Assembly: GCA_002269645.1 (NCBI GenBank) | Contig: NIVC01002681.1 | Span: forward strand, 1 to 48,869 | Origin: Macrostomum lignano | Taxonomy: Eukaryota | Direction: 5' to 3' | Length of the DNA: 48,869 bases | Part shown: positions 23,445-34,648 of the stretch, piece after piece | Position numbering within the stretch: position 1 is the first letter of the stretch | Layout of the letters: each line of letters begins with the position of its first letter | Notes under the pieces: generated by a model | Database searches by the model: none | What the model saw: only the letters and a program-made list of their open reading frames with translations | What the model was told of the DNA's origin: nothing | Position numbers and translations under genes: made by a program

Positions 23445-26365
23445 TTGAAATTGTGTAAATTTTATGTTTGACATGGTGGCTGTTTTAAGTTCTACATGGC
23501 AACTGTTTTATGTTTGAAACAATGGCTTTTTAATGTCAGACATGGTGGCTCTTTTATGTTTTACATGGTGGCTCTTTAATGTTCGACAAAGTGGCTATTT
23601 AATGTTTGACAAGGTGGCTTTTAAATGTTTGACATGGTGGCTCCTTAATGTTCGAGAAAGTGGCTCTTTAATGTTTTTCATGGTATAGCTCTTTTATGTT
23701 CGACATGGTGGCTCTTTTAGGTTTGACATGGTGGCTCTTTTAGGTTTGACATGGTGGCTCTTAAATGTTTGACATGGTGGCTCTTAAATGTTTGAAATGG
23801 TGGCTCTTTAATGTTCGAGAAAGTGGCTCTTTAATGTTTTTCATGGTATAGCTCTTTTATGTTCGACATGGTGGCTCTTTTAGGTTTGACATGGTAGCTC
23901 TTTTAGGTTTGACATGGTGGCTCTTTTAGGTTTGACATGGTGGCTCTTTTAGGTTTGACATGGTGGCTCTTTTAGGTTTGACATGGTGGCTCTTAAATGT
24001 TACACATGGTGACTCTTTAATGTTTCAAATGGTGGCTCTTTAATATTCTACATTGTGGCTCTTAAGTGTTCGAAATTGTGGATCTTTTAGGTTTGACATG
24101 ATGGCTGTTTAATGTTCAACATAGTGGCTCTTTAATATTCTACATGGTGGCTCTTTTATGTTTAACATGGTGGCTCTTAAATGTTTGACATGGTGGCTCT
24201 TTAATGTTCGAAATGGTGGCTCTTTTGTTTTACATAGTGGCTCTTTAATGTTTGACATGGTGGCTCTTTAATGTTTGACATAAAGTCACTAATATGTTCG
24301 AAATGGTGGCTCTTTAATATTTTACATTGTGGCTCTTAAGTGTTCGACATGGTGGCTCTTTTAGGTTTAACATGGTGGCTCTTTTAGGTTTAACATGGTG
24401 GCTCTTAAATATTCGACATGGTGGCTCTTTAATGTTCGACATGGTGGCTCTTTAATATTCTTCATGTTATAGCTCTTTCATGTTTGACATGGTGGCTCTT
24501 TATTGTTCGAAATGGTGGCTCTTTAATGTTTGAAATGGTGGCTCTTTAATGTTCGAAATGGTGGCTCTTTATGTTTGACATGTTGGCTCTTTTATGTTTG
24601 ACATGTTGGCTCTTTTATGTTTGACATGGTGGATCTTTAATGTTCGAAATAGTGGCTCTTTTATGGTCGACATGGTGGCTCTTTAATGTTCGAAATGGTG
24701 GCTCGTTAATGTTCGAAATAGTGGCTCTTTCATTTTCGACATGGTGGCTCTTTATGTTTGACATGTTGGCTCTTTTATGTTTGACATGTTGGCTCTTTTA
24801 TGTTTGACATGGTGGCTCTTTATGTTTGACATGTTGGCTCTTTTATGTTCGAAATGGTGGCTCTTTTTTGTTCTACATGTTAACTCTTTTTATTTGATAC
24901 GGTGGCTTTTTTAATGTCTGACATGTTGGCTCTTTAATGTTCGACAAAGTGGCTCCTAAATGTTTGACATAGTGGCTCTTCAATGTTTGACAATGTGGCT
25001 TTTGAATGTTTGACATGGTGGCTCTTTAATGTTTGACATGGTAGCTCTGTTATGTTCGACATGGTGGCTCTTCTAGGTTTGACACGAAGGCTCTTAAATG
25101 TTTAACATGGTGGCACTTTAATGTTTCACATGGTGGCTCTTTAATGTTTTACATGGTGGCTCTTTTATGTTTAACTTGGTAGCTCTTTGTTATTTTACAT
25201 GGCAGCTCTTTTATGTTCGACATGGTGGCTCTTTAATATTCTTCATGTTATAGCTCTTTCATGTTTGACATGGTGGCTCTTTACTGTTTAACACAAAGTC
25301 ACATATATGTTTGACATTGTGGCTCTTAAATGTTTGACATGGTGGCTCTTTATGTTTGACATGTTGGCTCTTTTATGTTTGACATGGTGGCTCTTTAATG
25401 TTCGAAAAAGTGGCTCCTAAATGTTTGACATAGTGGCTCTTTGATGTTCGAAATAGTGACTCTTTTATTTTCGACATGGTGGCTCTTTAATGTTCGATAT
25501 GGTGGCTGTTTAATGTTAGAAATGGTGGCTCTTTTATGTTTGACATAAAATCACTTATATGTTTTATATGGTGCCTCTTAAATATTAGACATGGTGGCTC
25601 GTTTAGGTTTGACATGGTAGCTCTTTAATGTTCGACATGGTGGCTCTTTAATATTCGATATGTTGGCTCTTTTATGTTTGACATGGTGGCTCGTTTTTGT
25701 TCGAAATGGTGGCTCTTTTTGTTCTACATGGTAACTCTTTTATATTTAATACGGTGGCTTTTTTAAAGTCTGACATGTTGGCTCTTTTATGTTTGACATG
25801 GTGGCTCTTTAATGTTCGACAAAGTGGCTCCTAAATGTTTGACATAGTGGCTCTTTAATGTTTGACAATGTGGCTTTTGAATGTTTGACATGGTGGCTCT
25901 TTAATGATAGACATGGTGGCTCTTTTATGTTCGAAATGGTGGCTCTTTATTGTTTAAAATAGTGGCTCTTTTATGTTCGATATGGTGGCTCTTTAATGTT
26001 CGAAAAAGTGGCTCCTAAATGTTTGACATAGTGGCTCTTTGATGTTCGAAATAGTGGCTTTTTTATGGTCGACATGGTGGCTCTTTAATGTTCGAAATGG
26101 TGGTTCTTTAATGTTCGAAATAGTGGCTCTTTTATTTTCGACATGGTGGCTCTTTAATTTCGAAATGGTGGCTCTTTTATGTTTGACATAAAGTCACTTA
26201 TATGTTTTATATGGTGCCTCTTAAATATTAGACATGGTGGCTCATTTAGGTTTGACATGGTGGCTCGTTTAGGTTTGACATGGTGGCTCTTTAATATTCG
26301 ATATGTTAGCTCTTTTATGTTCGACATGGTGGCTCTTCTATGTTTGACATTGCGCTTCTTTTATG
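23445..26365. repeat. 23-bp satellite inside Helitron copy 2, about 125 units
   Basis: Same unit as in copy 1, in a longer array. Confidence 0.95.
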
Positions 26366-26413
26366 TTTAGAAGTTTTATGTTTTTAAGGTGTTTTAATAA
26401 AAAAAATATTTTT

Positions 26414-26484
26414 TGCCCTACTAAGATTCGAACCCAAGTCGCTACATTAGCATTCCAGTCTGTTCGCATCTGGGCTATCTTTTT
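26414..26484 (-). other. tRNA-derived Pol III promoter-like cassette inside Helitron copy 2
   Basis: tagcccagatg...tgctaat...gggttcgaatc with intact GGTTCGA. T8-to-T54 spacing is about 45 nt. T8 run at 26399-26406. Confidence 0.6.
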
Positions 26485-27304
26485 CAATTGGAGAACATAA
26501 ATTGTGGCCCTTATAATTCAATTCTTTCAGCAAGTCAATTGGAGTAAAAAGTTATGACATAATCAATTTCTCAGTCAGCCAGTATCAGTCTTAATTAAAG
26601 TTAGCAATATTAGTTACGCAATTTCAATCAAGTTTTGTGTGCATTTCTTCGGCACTTTTTTCAACTGGTTGTGATGTAATCCTTATCACAATTGGAATTT
26701 AGCCAGTCAGTTTTTTCTCTAGTATTCTTTCAATGCATTTCAGGTCGAAAGAGCTGCTTGACCTTTGCAAAAAAGCATGTTTTTCGAATATTTAATCCCT
26801 TTAAAATTGAGCAATTTTTTTGCCAAGATGCATGTACCGTCCCAGGAAAATTTCTGATCAAATGGTGCAAGTTTGAAGAAAATCGGTTGAGCCATTTTTT
26901 CTGAAATCTATCGCATACCTACCCACATACAGACAACTCATTTTTAGTATATAGGATTGTTAAATATAAATGAACAAATAAATTGTTACTAATTTTAATA
27001 GCCTGATGATACCTGACATGAGGCAAAACATGTCGCATAAAAATGATAATGCTCACTTTCTTAAGTCTACCTTGGTATATAAAATGTGTTGAAAAAAACC
27101 ATATGTTCATTTTAAGATTTCTCTTTATAAAAAATGTATAGGATTTGCATAGCTAGAGCTTAGACAAAATATGCAATGTCTAAATAATATATAGACATAT
27201 ATAATATATAGTATTATACTAGAAATAATTGCTTTTTATTTTTTCACTTATTGATAGGCCTATGCTAAAATTTTTCTTTACATATCATAGACATAGGACA
27301 TATA

Positions 27305-27942
27305 CCATAGTCCGGATCATGGCAGGGTGTATGCCAAACTAAAACTTGATGGATCCATAGTTTGTATGCCAATGTATGCCAAATTTTTTCTGCCTTCCCT
27401 AACTATATGCCACTTTTACAGTTAACAAAAAATAGAGCATATCGCAATTTAAATACAGTTACACCTATGTTATATATATCCCTGTTATACTGCAAGCAAG
27501 TAAAATATATATTATGCTTCTAGCAACAGGTTTTATTAGAATATTAAAATTATTCAATAGAACAATAGATGGGAATATATTTTGTTAAAGTGAATGTATT
27601 TCTAACATAAATTCCATTTTTTAAATTATCATACAAATTCCTAAAAAATACCAATGTTTATGTACATTACATTGCAAGTTGGGCTATCCTGTGGTTTCGC
27701 ACATTTAATTATTTCCAGAATTATTTCGCCTTCTATTCAAGGGTGGTGGGGGGTAGGGGTTGGAATTAAATGTGCGAAACTACAGGTTAGCCGCAAGTTG
27801 CAATAGCAACAGCGTGTATGCCACTCATGCCAATAGATAGGGCCCAGTTTTTTGGTTGTATGCCAATGTATGCCAATAGGGTTAGTAAGGGATGACTATA
27901 CACCAAATTAATTTGGCATATAGGCCATGATCCGGACTATGG
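27305..27942. mobile_element. MITE with perfect 19-bp TIRs and 8-bp TSD (hAT/P-like)
   Basis: ccatagtccggatcatggc (27305-27323) / gccatgatccggactatgg (27924-27942). TSD gacatata (27297-27304) / gacataca (27943-27950). Subterminal tgtatgccaa repeats. Confidence 0.88.
27682..27792. mobile_element. 111-bp MITE nested in the previous MITE (GG termini, 8-bp TSD, Merlin-like)
   Basis: 29-bp TIRs with 2 mismatches (27682-27710 and 27764-27792). Perfect TSD gcaagttg at 27674-27681 and 27793-27800. Confidence 0.88.
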
Positions 27943-29440
27943 GACATACATAGCACATAGGTTATCTTTGAATTTGATAGGCCTATTCTAAGATATTAGG
28001 CCTAATATAATAAATAGATCATAGTAATAGCCATAGACACTGCAGACCAAAAACTTTTCTAAAGGGTATATATGTGCAATTGTGTACCAATATACCTAAT
28101 TTAGCTGGCATACAAAGTGTGACAACTAATTCTAATGTCTAAGAAAGCTAAAGATCAATCATAAAAATTCATAACATTGACTGAGTAGGCCTAGTTACCT
28201 AGTATGCTATTTTCCTAATAAAATATAACAATGTCAATAAAATTTCACCTTTTATTAGCATTTTCTTTTGGTTCAACTTTCTGCAGACGAAATGAATAAG
28301 CACATTATAACACTATGCATCTAGATACTGACACTGCTAGAGTGCTTGCCACTGCTTGGTTGGTGCTAGGCCCCTATTTACGGAAATACTGTATAAGGTT
28401 AAAACATAAATAAAGTAGCCTCTAATTAATTCATACACGTTATTATACACATAATACACCCCGACCTACACAAAAAAGTTAATCATCAGCATCAGCATCA
28501 GCAGACAGCAGATGTCGATTTTCACGTTTTCTGTTTAGTTTAAAGTTTCTGAAATTCGGTTTTCTGTAATTTCTGAATAGAGCGTCAAAAAATTAGGTAA
28601 TATGGTAAATTTACAAGTTTAAACGGCCACTTCTATTTTAATTTCGTCGTACTGAGCCTCAAGCGTCTTGCTTAGTCTAAATTAGTTGAGAAAAAAACAC
28701 AGCAAGAATTATAACTATTTCTTGTAAATTTCTACAGCAAAAAGTCGTCAAATTAAATTTAGCCAACAAATCTTAAAACGTCGTTGCAAAAACCGCACGT
28801 TTATTTTTAAAAATATTTTATACTATTGATTAGTTTAGTACATTTTTCTGCTTTTATTTTAAAGGTACTTGTTATAATACTCTCTATCAGTTTGGTTACT
28901 TCTTAATGTAAAGGCACACTTTTAAAATTATTGTGTTTCCGAGTTCAATTTTGTATTTTTGCTGTCTAATTTCCGCCTTATGCAGGTTGTAACTGCGTTT
29001 TTAATCGTTTTGCAAGCGGTAAGGAACTTATTGCATTTATCTGTTTGGCTATGACTTTCAATTTCGTTGTTCTTAAGTGTAGAAAACGTAGTACAGAAGC
29101 TCACATTGTGCTTTGTTTTATTTTGGCGCAACCCACAAGGCCAAAACCACAATACAAGCCAATATTGATTATTTAAAAATAATGCATAGTGTAGGCAGTC
29201 GGAATCAGGCTTTTTAAACTATAAATTGTTGCTGTAAAATTATCATTGTAGTCCACCCAATTGGGTACTATGCATATAATGTTAGTGAAATGATTAGGCC
29301 TATCTTATGTTATTTTATCTAGTCACTAGTCAGGACAAGACAAGTCAAATTATTTGTACTGTTTTTTGCTTTGAAAAATGCTGCAAAAGTTCATTTTACT
29401 TCTAAAGTTCAAATTATATACAAAGTTTTACAATAAGTTA

Positions 29441-30124
29441 TAGAGCTGTCAAAATTAGAGATTTTATTCGAGACAAGATTTGAGATGAGAAAGGCTTATA
29501 AGTCGAGAATTAACAAGACAAGACAAAGTAAATCTAAAAAAATATATTTCAGAATTGCATCTTGTCTTGCTCTTATCTTGTCTTAAATTTCTTGATAAGA
29601 TACAATTCTAAAATGTATTTTTTAGATTTTCTAGAATACTTTCTTAATTCTAGTTTTAATTCTTTGCTATTTAGGCCCTATTCATAAGCATTTATGCTTG
29701 TAGTGTATAGGCCCTTGGCCCTACTATGTCTATTACTAATTCGTCAAAAGACCTACGTAGATTGTCTTCAAGTCTGCTGTGATACACCTTGCCGCAAAAC
29801 TGAAATGATAACTAAAAAAGCGCATATGCAATGCAAACTTGTATATAATGATATTCGTTAAATAACTAAAACTGCTTGACATTGGCTAGATTTTACCATT
29901 TGAAAATTGCCCTATCAAGCGTGTTACAACAAACAGTTGTATTTATATAAAAATTTGCTCCCCTTTTTATATCTTATCACTTAAAAGCTTTTGAATAAAG
30001 GTATCAGAAAAATTCTTGAATCTTGTCTCGAATTTCTTGACAAAATTTGAGATTTCTCGAGATGAGAAAAAATGTTGAGATCTTGTCTCAAATCTTGTCT
30101 CGTCGAGATCTCGTGACAGCTCTA
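29441..30124. mobile_element. Non-autonomous hAT-like element (684 bp)
   Basis: Termini tagagctgtca / tgacagctcta, subterminal gagacaaga repeats, perfect 8-bp TSD ataagtta (29433-29440 and 30125-30132). Confidence 0.9.
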
Positions 30125-31219
30125 ATAAGTTAATAGTTTTTTGGTATTCTTTATAAAGATAAATTTTATAGTTTTTTGTTTGAAATTTAAGTAAATTTTA
30201 TTTTAATTTTATTACTGTTTAAAATTTAAAATTTATACTTTCAAAATAAATAAATATATCTCATGGCGATATTCCCATTTAACCTTATTTTTTCCATAAT
30301 TTATACAAATTAGATTAGCTAATAATTAAACATATCATAGTTTAAACCAAAGAATGCTTTTTTGCTAATGCTAGGAAATTCTAGCATATTATTGTTTTTC
30401 ACTAATAGTCTTAAACCTAATATACTAAGAATTTTTAAGCCCTCTAATAAACATTTTTTAATATTTAGTAGTTAAATATAGTAAATTATACCTCATAAGT
30501 AATAAAGTTAAAGTTTCAATTCTATTAAATAGCCTATGACTAAATAAAAATATTAGGGAGGCCTACTTATCTTTTAGATCTTTGACTATAAATTTTTATA
30601 TGAATTTAACTTTTACTTCATTTTAGTCATTTGGTAAACATACATGCGCAACTTCTGAAATTACGCTGGCCGTGCGACTTAGTTTTCGATAAAAAATGCG
30701 ACTTACCTATGAAAGAGCCAAGCAAAAACTTTAGGTAAACGGCAGGAGTAACTATGACCATATTTTTAAAGCTAAATGCCTCGCCAGCTAATTAGTGCTG
30801 CGTGCAGATTCCGCGTTTTTATAACAGCTAATCCGTATGTCATCTAGTGGCGGCATGAAGCAATTAGTAAATTGTCAGTACAGTGTAGTGAGCATACTAC
30901 AAAAGTCATGATTCATGAATGTCCAGAAGTAAGTGAAGTGAATACAGTGTGACCTATAGCTCAAGAACGATTTGCTAGACGATTTGGCATGGAAGATGAG
31001 AGCCCTGATTCAGATGGCTCATCAGATGCAGAATACGAATCCAGTAGAGATACAAGCTGTGAAAACCCACATATTTTTAAACCACTGAATTCTAATTCCC
31101 GGAACTATTTTTGCATAGATTCTAAATTTGAAGTCATGCTCAAACAAAAACTTGTTAACAGTTAGGAAAAAGGCAAAGATGGGAGTAATGCATGTTAAAC
31201 TAAGATTTGAGGCCTTTGC

Positions 31220-31885
31220 AAATTCTCTCCATTCCTCAATCTTCTCATCCTCTTTTTCTTTTCTCTCTCATCCCTTATCCCTTCTCTCTTTCCTCTCCTC
31301 TCCTATCTCTTCTGTCTCCTCTCTACATTCTTATCTCTCCTCTCGTCTCTCTCCATTCCACTCTACTCTACTCTCTCATCTTATCTTCCCTCTCGTCTCT
31401 CTCCACTCTACTCTCTCATTATCTCTCCTCTCTTTTCTACTCTCTCATCTCTCCTCTCTTCACTCTCCTCTCATCTCCTCTTTATCCTCTCTTCTCTCAT
31501 CTACTCTCTCCTCTTTCCTCTTTCCTCTCTTCTGATCTTATCCATCATCTTTTCTTTCCTCTTTCCTCTAATCTCCTCTTCTCTCTCATCTCTTTCCTCC
31601 CTCAGCTTTTCTCTCCTCTTCTATCTTTTCTCCCATCGCATCGCTCGCCTCTCCTCTGTTTGCTTATCTCTAATCTTCTATTCCCTCTACTTTGAAGTAA
31701 GAAAATATGCACATATTTTTGCTGAAGATAAGAGGAGAGAAGAGGGCATTGAGGAGAAAGGGTAGAGAGAAAGGGGGAGAAGAGAGGAGAGTAAAAATGA
31801 GAGGAGAGAGAAGAGGGAAAAGGGGGAGAGAGAGAAGAGGGGAGGCAAGGTAGAGAAGAAGAGAGAGATGAGAGTTGAAGAGACA
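31220..31885. repeat. CT-rich low-complexity tract (about 31220-31690) followed by a GA-rich tract (about 31720-31885)
   Basis: Composition. Explains the S/L-rich spurious ORFs. Confidence 0.9.
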
Positions 31886-31929
31886 CCAACCTTGCTACTC
31901 GTAGTTAGGAAGTTTCAAAGAACCCGAGG

Positions 31930-31979
31930 GGCGAGGGCCAGATAGAGGGGCTTCGCGAGCCGGAGTTTGCCAACCCCTG
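31930..31979. mobile_element. hAT-like terminal fragment
   Basis: The reverse complement caggggttggcaaactccggctcgcg resembles typical hAT CAGGGGT.GGCAAAC termini. The partner end was not found. Confidence 0.55.
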
Positions 31980-32119
31980 CTCCAGAGTTTAAGAAATGAC
32001 GCGGGCTTCTGATTTCAAAGATCTTGTCTGTGGTTGAAGGCTTCTATTCTGTTTTTGCTCTCCTGCCACACTTGCACCTACTACCCCCTGATTGCCTCTG
32101 ATTGTGACTTACTTCCCTC

Positions 32120-33140
32120 TTATTGCGACTTAGTTGCTTCTTTTTGCGACTTACCTAATCCTTTTTGCGAATTACTTAATCCTTTTTGCGACTTACCTAA
32201 TCCTTTTGCGACTTACCTAACCCTTTTGCGACTTACCTAATCCTTTTTGCGACTTACTTAATCCTTTTTGCGACTTACTTAATCCTTTTGCGACTTACCT
32301 AACCCTTTGCGACTTACCTAACCCTTTGTGACTTACCTAATCCTTTTTGCGACTTACCTAATCCTTTTTGCGACTTACTTAATCCTTTTTGCGACTTACC
32401 TAATCCTTTTGCGACTTACCTAACCCTTTTGCGACTTACCTAACCCTTTGCGACTTACCTAACCCTTTGTGACTTACCTAATCCTTTTTGCGACTTACCT
32501 AATCCTTTTTGCAACTTACTTAATCCTTTTTGCGACTTACCTAATCCTTTTTGCGACTTACCTAACCCTTTGTGACTTAGCTAATCCTTTTTGCGATTTA
32601 CTTAATCCTTTTTGCGACTTACCTAATCCTTTTTGCGACTTACCTAACCCTTTGTGACTTAGCTAATCCTTTTTGCGACTTACCTAACCCTTTGTGACTT
32701 ACCTAATCCTTTTTGCGACTTACTTAATCCTTTTGCGACTTACCTAACCCTTTGTGACTTACCTAATCCTTTTTGCGACTTACCTAATCCTTTTTGCGAC
32801 TTACCTAATCCTTTTGCGACTTAGCTGATCCTTTTGCGACTTACCTAACCCTTTTGCGACTTACCTAACCCTTTTGCGACTTACCTAACCCTTTTGCGAC
32901 TTACCTAACCCTTTTGCGACTTAGCTGATCCTTTTGCGACTTACCTGATCCTTTTGCGACTTACCTGATTCTTTTTGCGACTTACCTAATCCTTTTTGCG
33001 ACTTACCTAATCCTTTTGCGACTTACCTAACCCTTTTGCGACTTACCTAATCCTTTTTGCGACTTACTTAATCCTTTTTGCGACTTACTTAATCCTTTTG
33101 CGACTTACCTGATCCTTTTTGCGACTTACCTGATTATTTT
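32120..33140. repeat. 20-22-bp minisatellite (gcgacttacctaatccttttt), about 47 copies
   Basis: Tandem periodicity. Explains the ATYLILF/CDLPNPF ORFs. Confidence 0.95.
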
Positions 33141-34279
33141 TACAACTTAGTTTGCTTCTTTTGCGAATTGTTTTTCTTTTGCTTCATTATTTTCCCTGAA
33201 CTGCTCTTTCTTTCGCTTTCCTCTTGCCTTTCTTGGTTCTTGTGTTTTTCTGTTTTTGGTTGACTCAATTTTGCGACTTACCCCTGGTCAGCCACGATTT
33301 ACGGTGGCCGGATCGGCCAGGTCGGCCAGCAGTTGCGCATGTATGTTTGGTAAATATTGTAAGGTTAATATTTATAAAATTGTATTTTATTTTGTCCAAC
33401 AAATATTATTTTAAAATTCAATATTTTTTTGCCAAATAAAGCCTAATAATATAGAAACAAAATAGCAAACTATAAAGTGGTATCTAATTATAATATTTGA
33501 ATAATATTTGTAAGTCAATCCATACTCCTTGCTTAAAATAATCTATTTGGTTATCTAAGTATATGTTTAAACTCATAGCTAAAAAGTTATCAATAAACAT
33601 AATTTTATTAATGTACTTATCAAACTAGTAGACTTACTAATACTATATTCATTATATATTGTTATAACTTTGAATACAATAAGTGATAAAAATGTTCAAT
33701 TCAAGTTTGGTTATAATTTTTTAAATGACCTCTATAAAAAAGCCTAAATAAACAAATTTGCTAATTAATAATTTTTTGTTCCATAAGTAAAAGACGCAGG
33801 GTATTAATATTAAGTTTTAATCAGAGAGATAGATAAGAGATTAGTGGAATAGTAGAATGATATATATAGTAAGGTTGAGGCATTGAGCAATTAAAGTTAA
33901 AGTGTAAGTTAAGCTAGGCAGATACAAAATGGAATGAAAGGGAAGCAAGTATAAATGTGCTGACTAACAATAAAAAATAGCAACATATATAATAAATAAA
34001 AAGTACTATTTTATGCTTGCATTAAAATTTATTAGATTGATTTTATTAGAAATGGATTTGATTAGAAAATATCAAACCTTAAAGAGTGAATAAGTTATTG
34101 AAATTTATATTTACAAAGCCAAGGTTTAAGTTGGCACTATAGCATTTTTAATCTGAAATAGAAAGTTGTTTGATTCCATTGCTAATTATTATCTTTATTA
34201 AGTTGGCAAAAAATTCCAAAATGAAAGTAAAAACTAGCTAGTCAATTAATATTTTTACCCATTTTTTCACCTCTCACAG

Positions 34280-34447
34280 GCAGTGCTCCAGTGCCAGATT
34301 CTGAGCCCTGACCAATGCAAGCAGTCTGGCTTCACTAGTGCTCTAGAGTGCTCCTCTTGCTCGCAATTGAAGCAGTTCGGCCTGTCTCAGTTGGATCAAG
34401 CCTGTCAGCAGTGCTGCAAAGGCGACAGTCTAGACAGTGCCAAACTG
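34280..34447 (+). CDS. SELENOF: Selenoprotein F (Sep15), Cys-rich exon; the upstream signal-peptide exon was not located
   Basis: CKQSGFTSALECSSCSQLKQFGLSQLDQACQQCC matches the Sep15 UGGT-binding Cys-rich domain. ctcacag acceptor, phase-0 gtaatt donor at 34448. Confidence 0.9.
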
Positions 34448-34648
34448 GTAATTTGCTGACTGCTGAACTCTTCTTCTACAACTCTGCTTTTGTGAATCAG
34501 TCTATTTGGTTTGCAGTGCTGTGTATTTTTTTGTTTGATCACTGTGCCAATCGTGGTATTCAATAATCTGCTTCTGTATTCAAGCATCTGATTCAGTCAA
34601 TCTTCTTTCTTTTCTCTCGACTGCAACTCGCTATCTGGCCTGCAAATC

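Larger units (their letters stand above)
22959..26956 (-). mobile_element. Non-autonomous Helitron, copy 2 (3998 bp), fused head-to-tail to copy 1
   Basis: 5'-TC at 26956-26955 preceded by A. Hairpin at 22971-22987. CTAG at 22959-22962 directly abuts the TC of copy 1. Same internal module order as copy 1. Confidence 0.88.

Noticed and set aside
20318-26370. GGACYLG, DSKHPP and FDMVAL ORFs
   Set aside because: They are products of Helitron-internal minisatellites.
30988-31165. Acidic short ORF (MEDESPDSDGSSDAEYES...) resembling a transposase N-terminus
   Set aside because: It is too short, with no catalytic domain and no element ends identified.
31128-32657. Ser/Leu-rich and ATYL-repeat ORFs
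   Set aside because: They are low-complexity and minisatellite translations.
34448-34500. TGC-TGA (C-U-like) immediately inside the SELENOF intron
   Set aside because: It shows no similarity to Sep15, is soon followed by another stop, and the real CGU exon is at 39183-39246.
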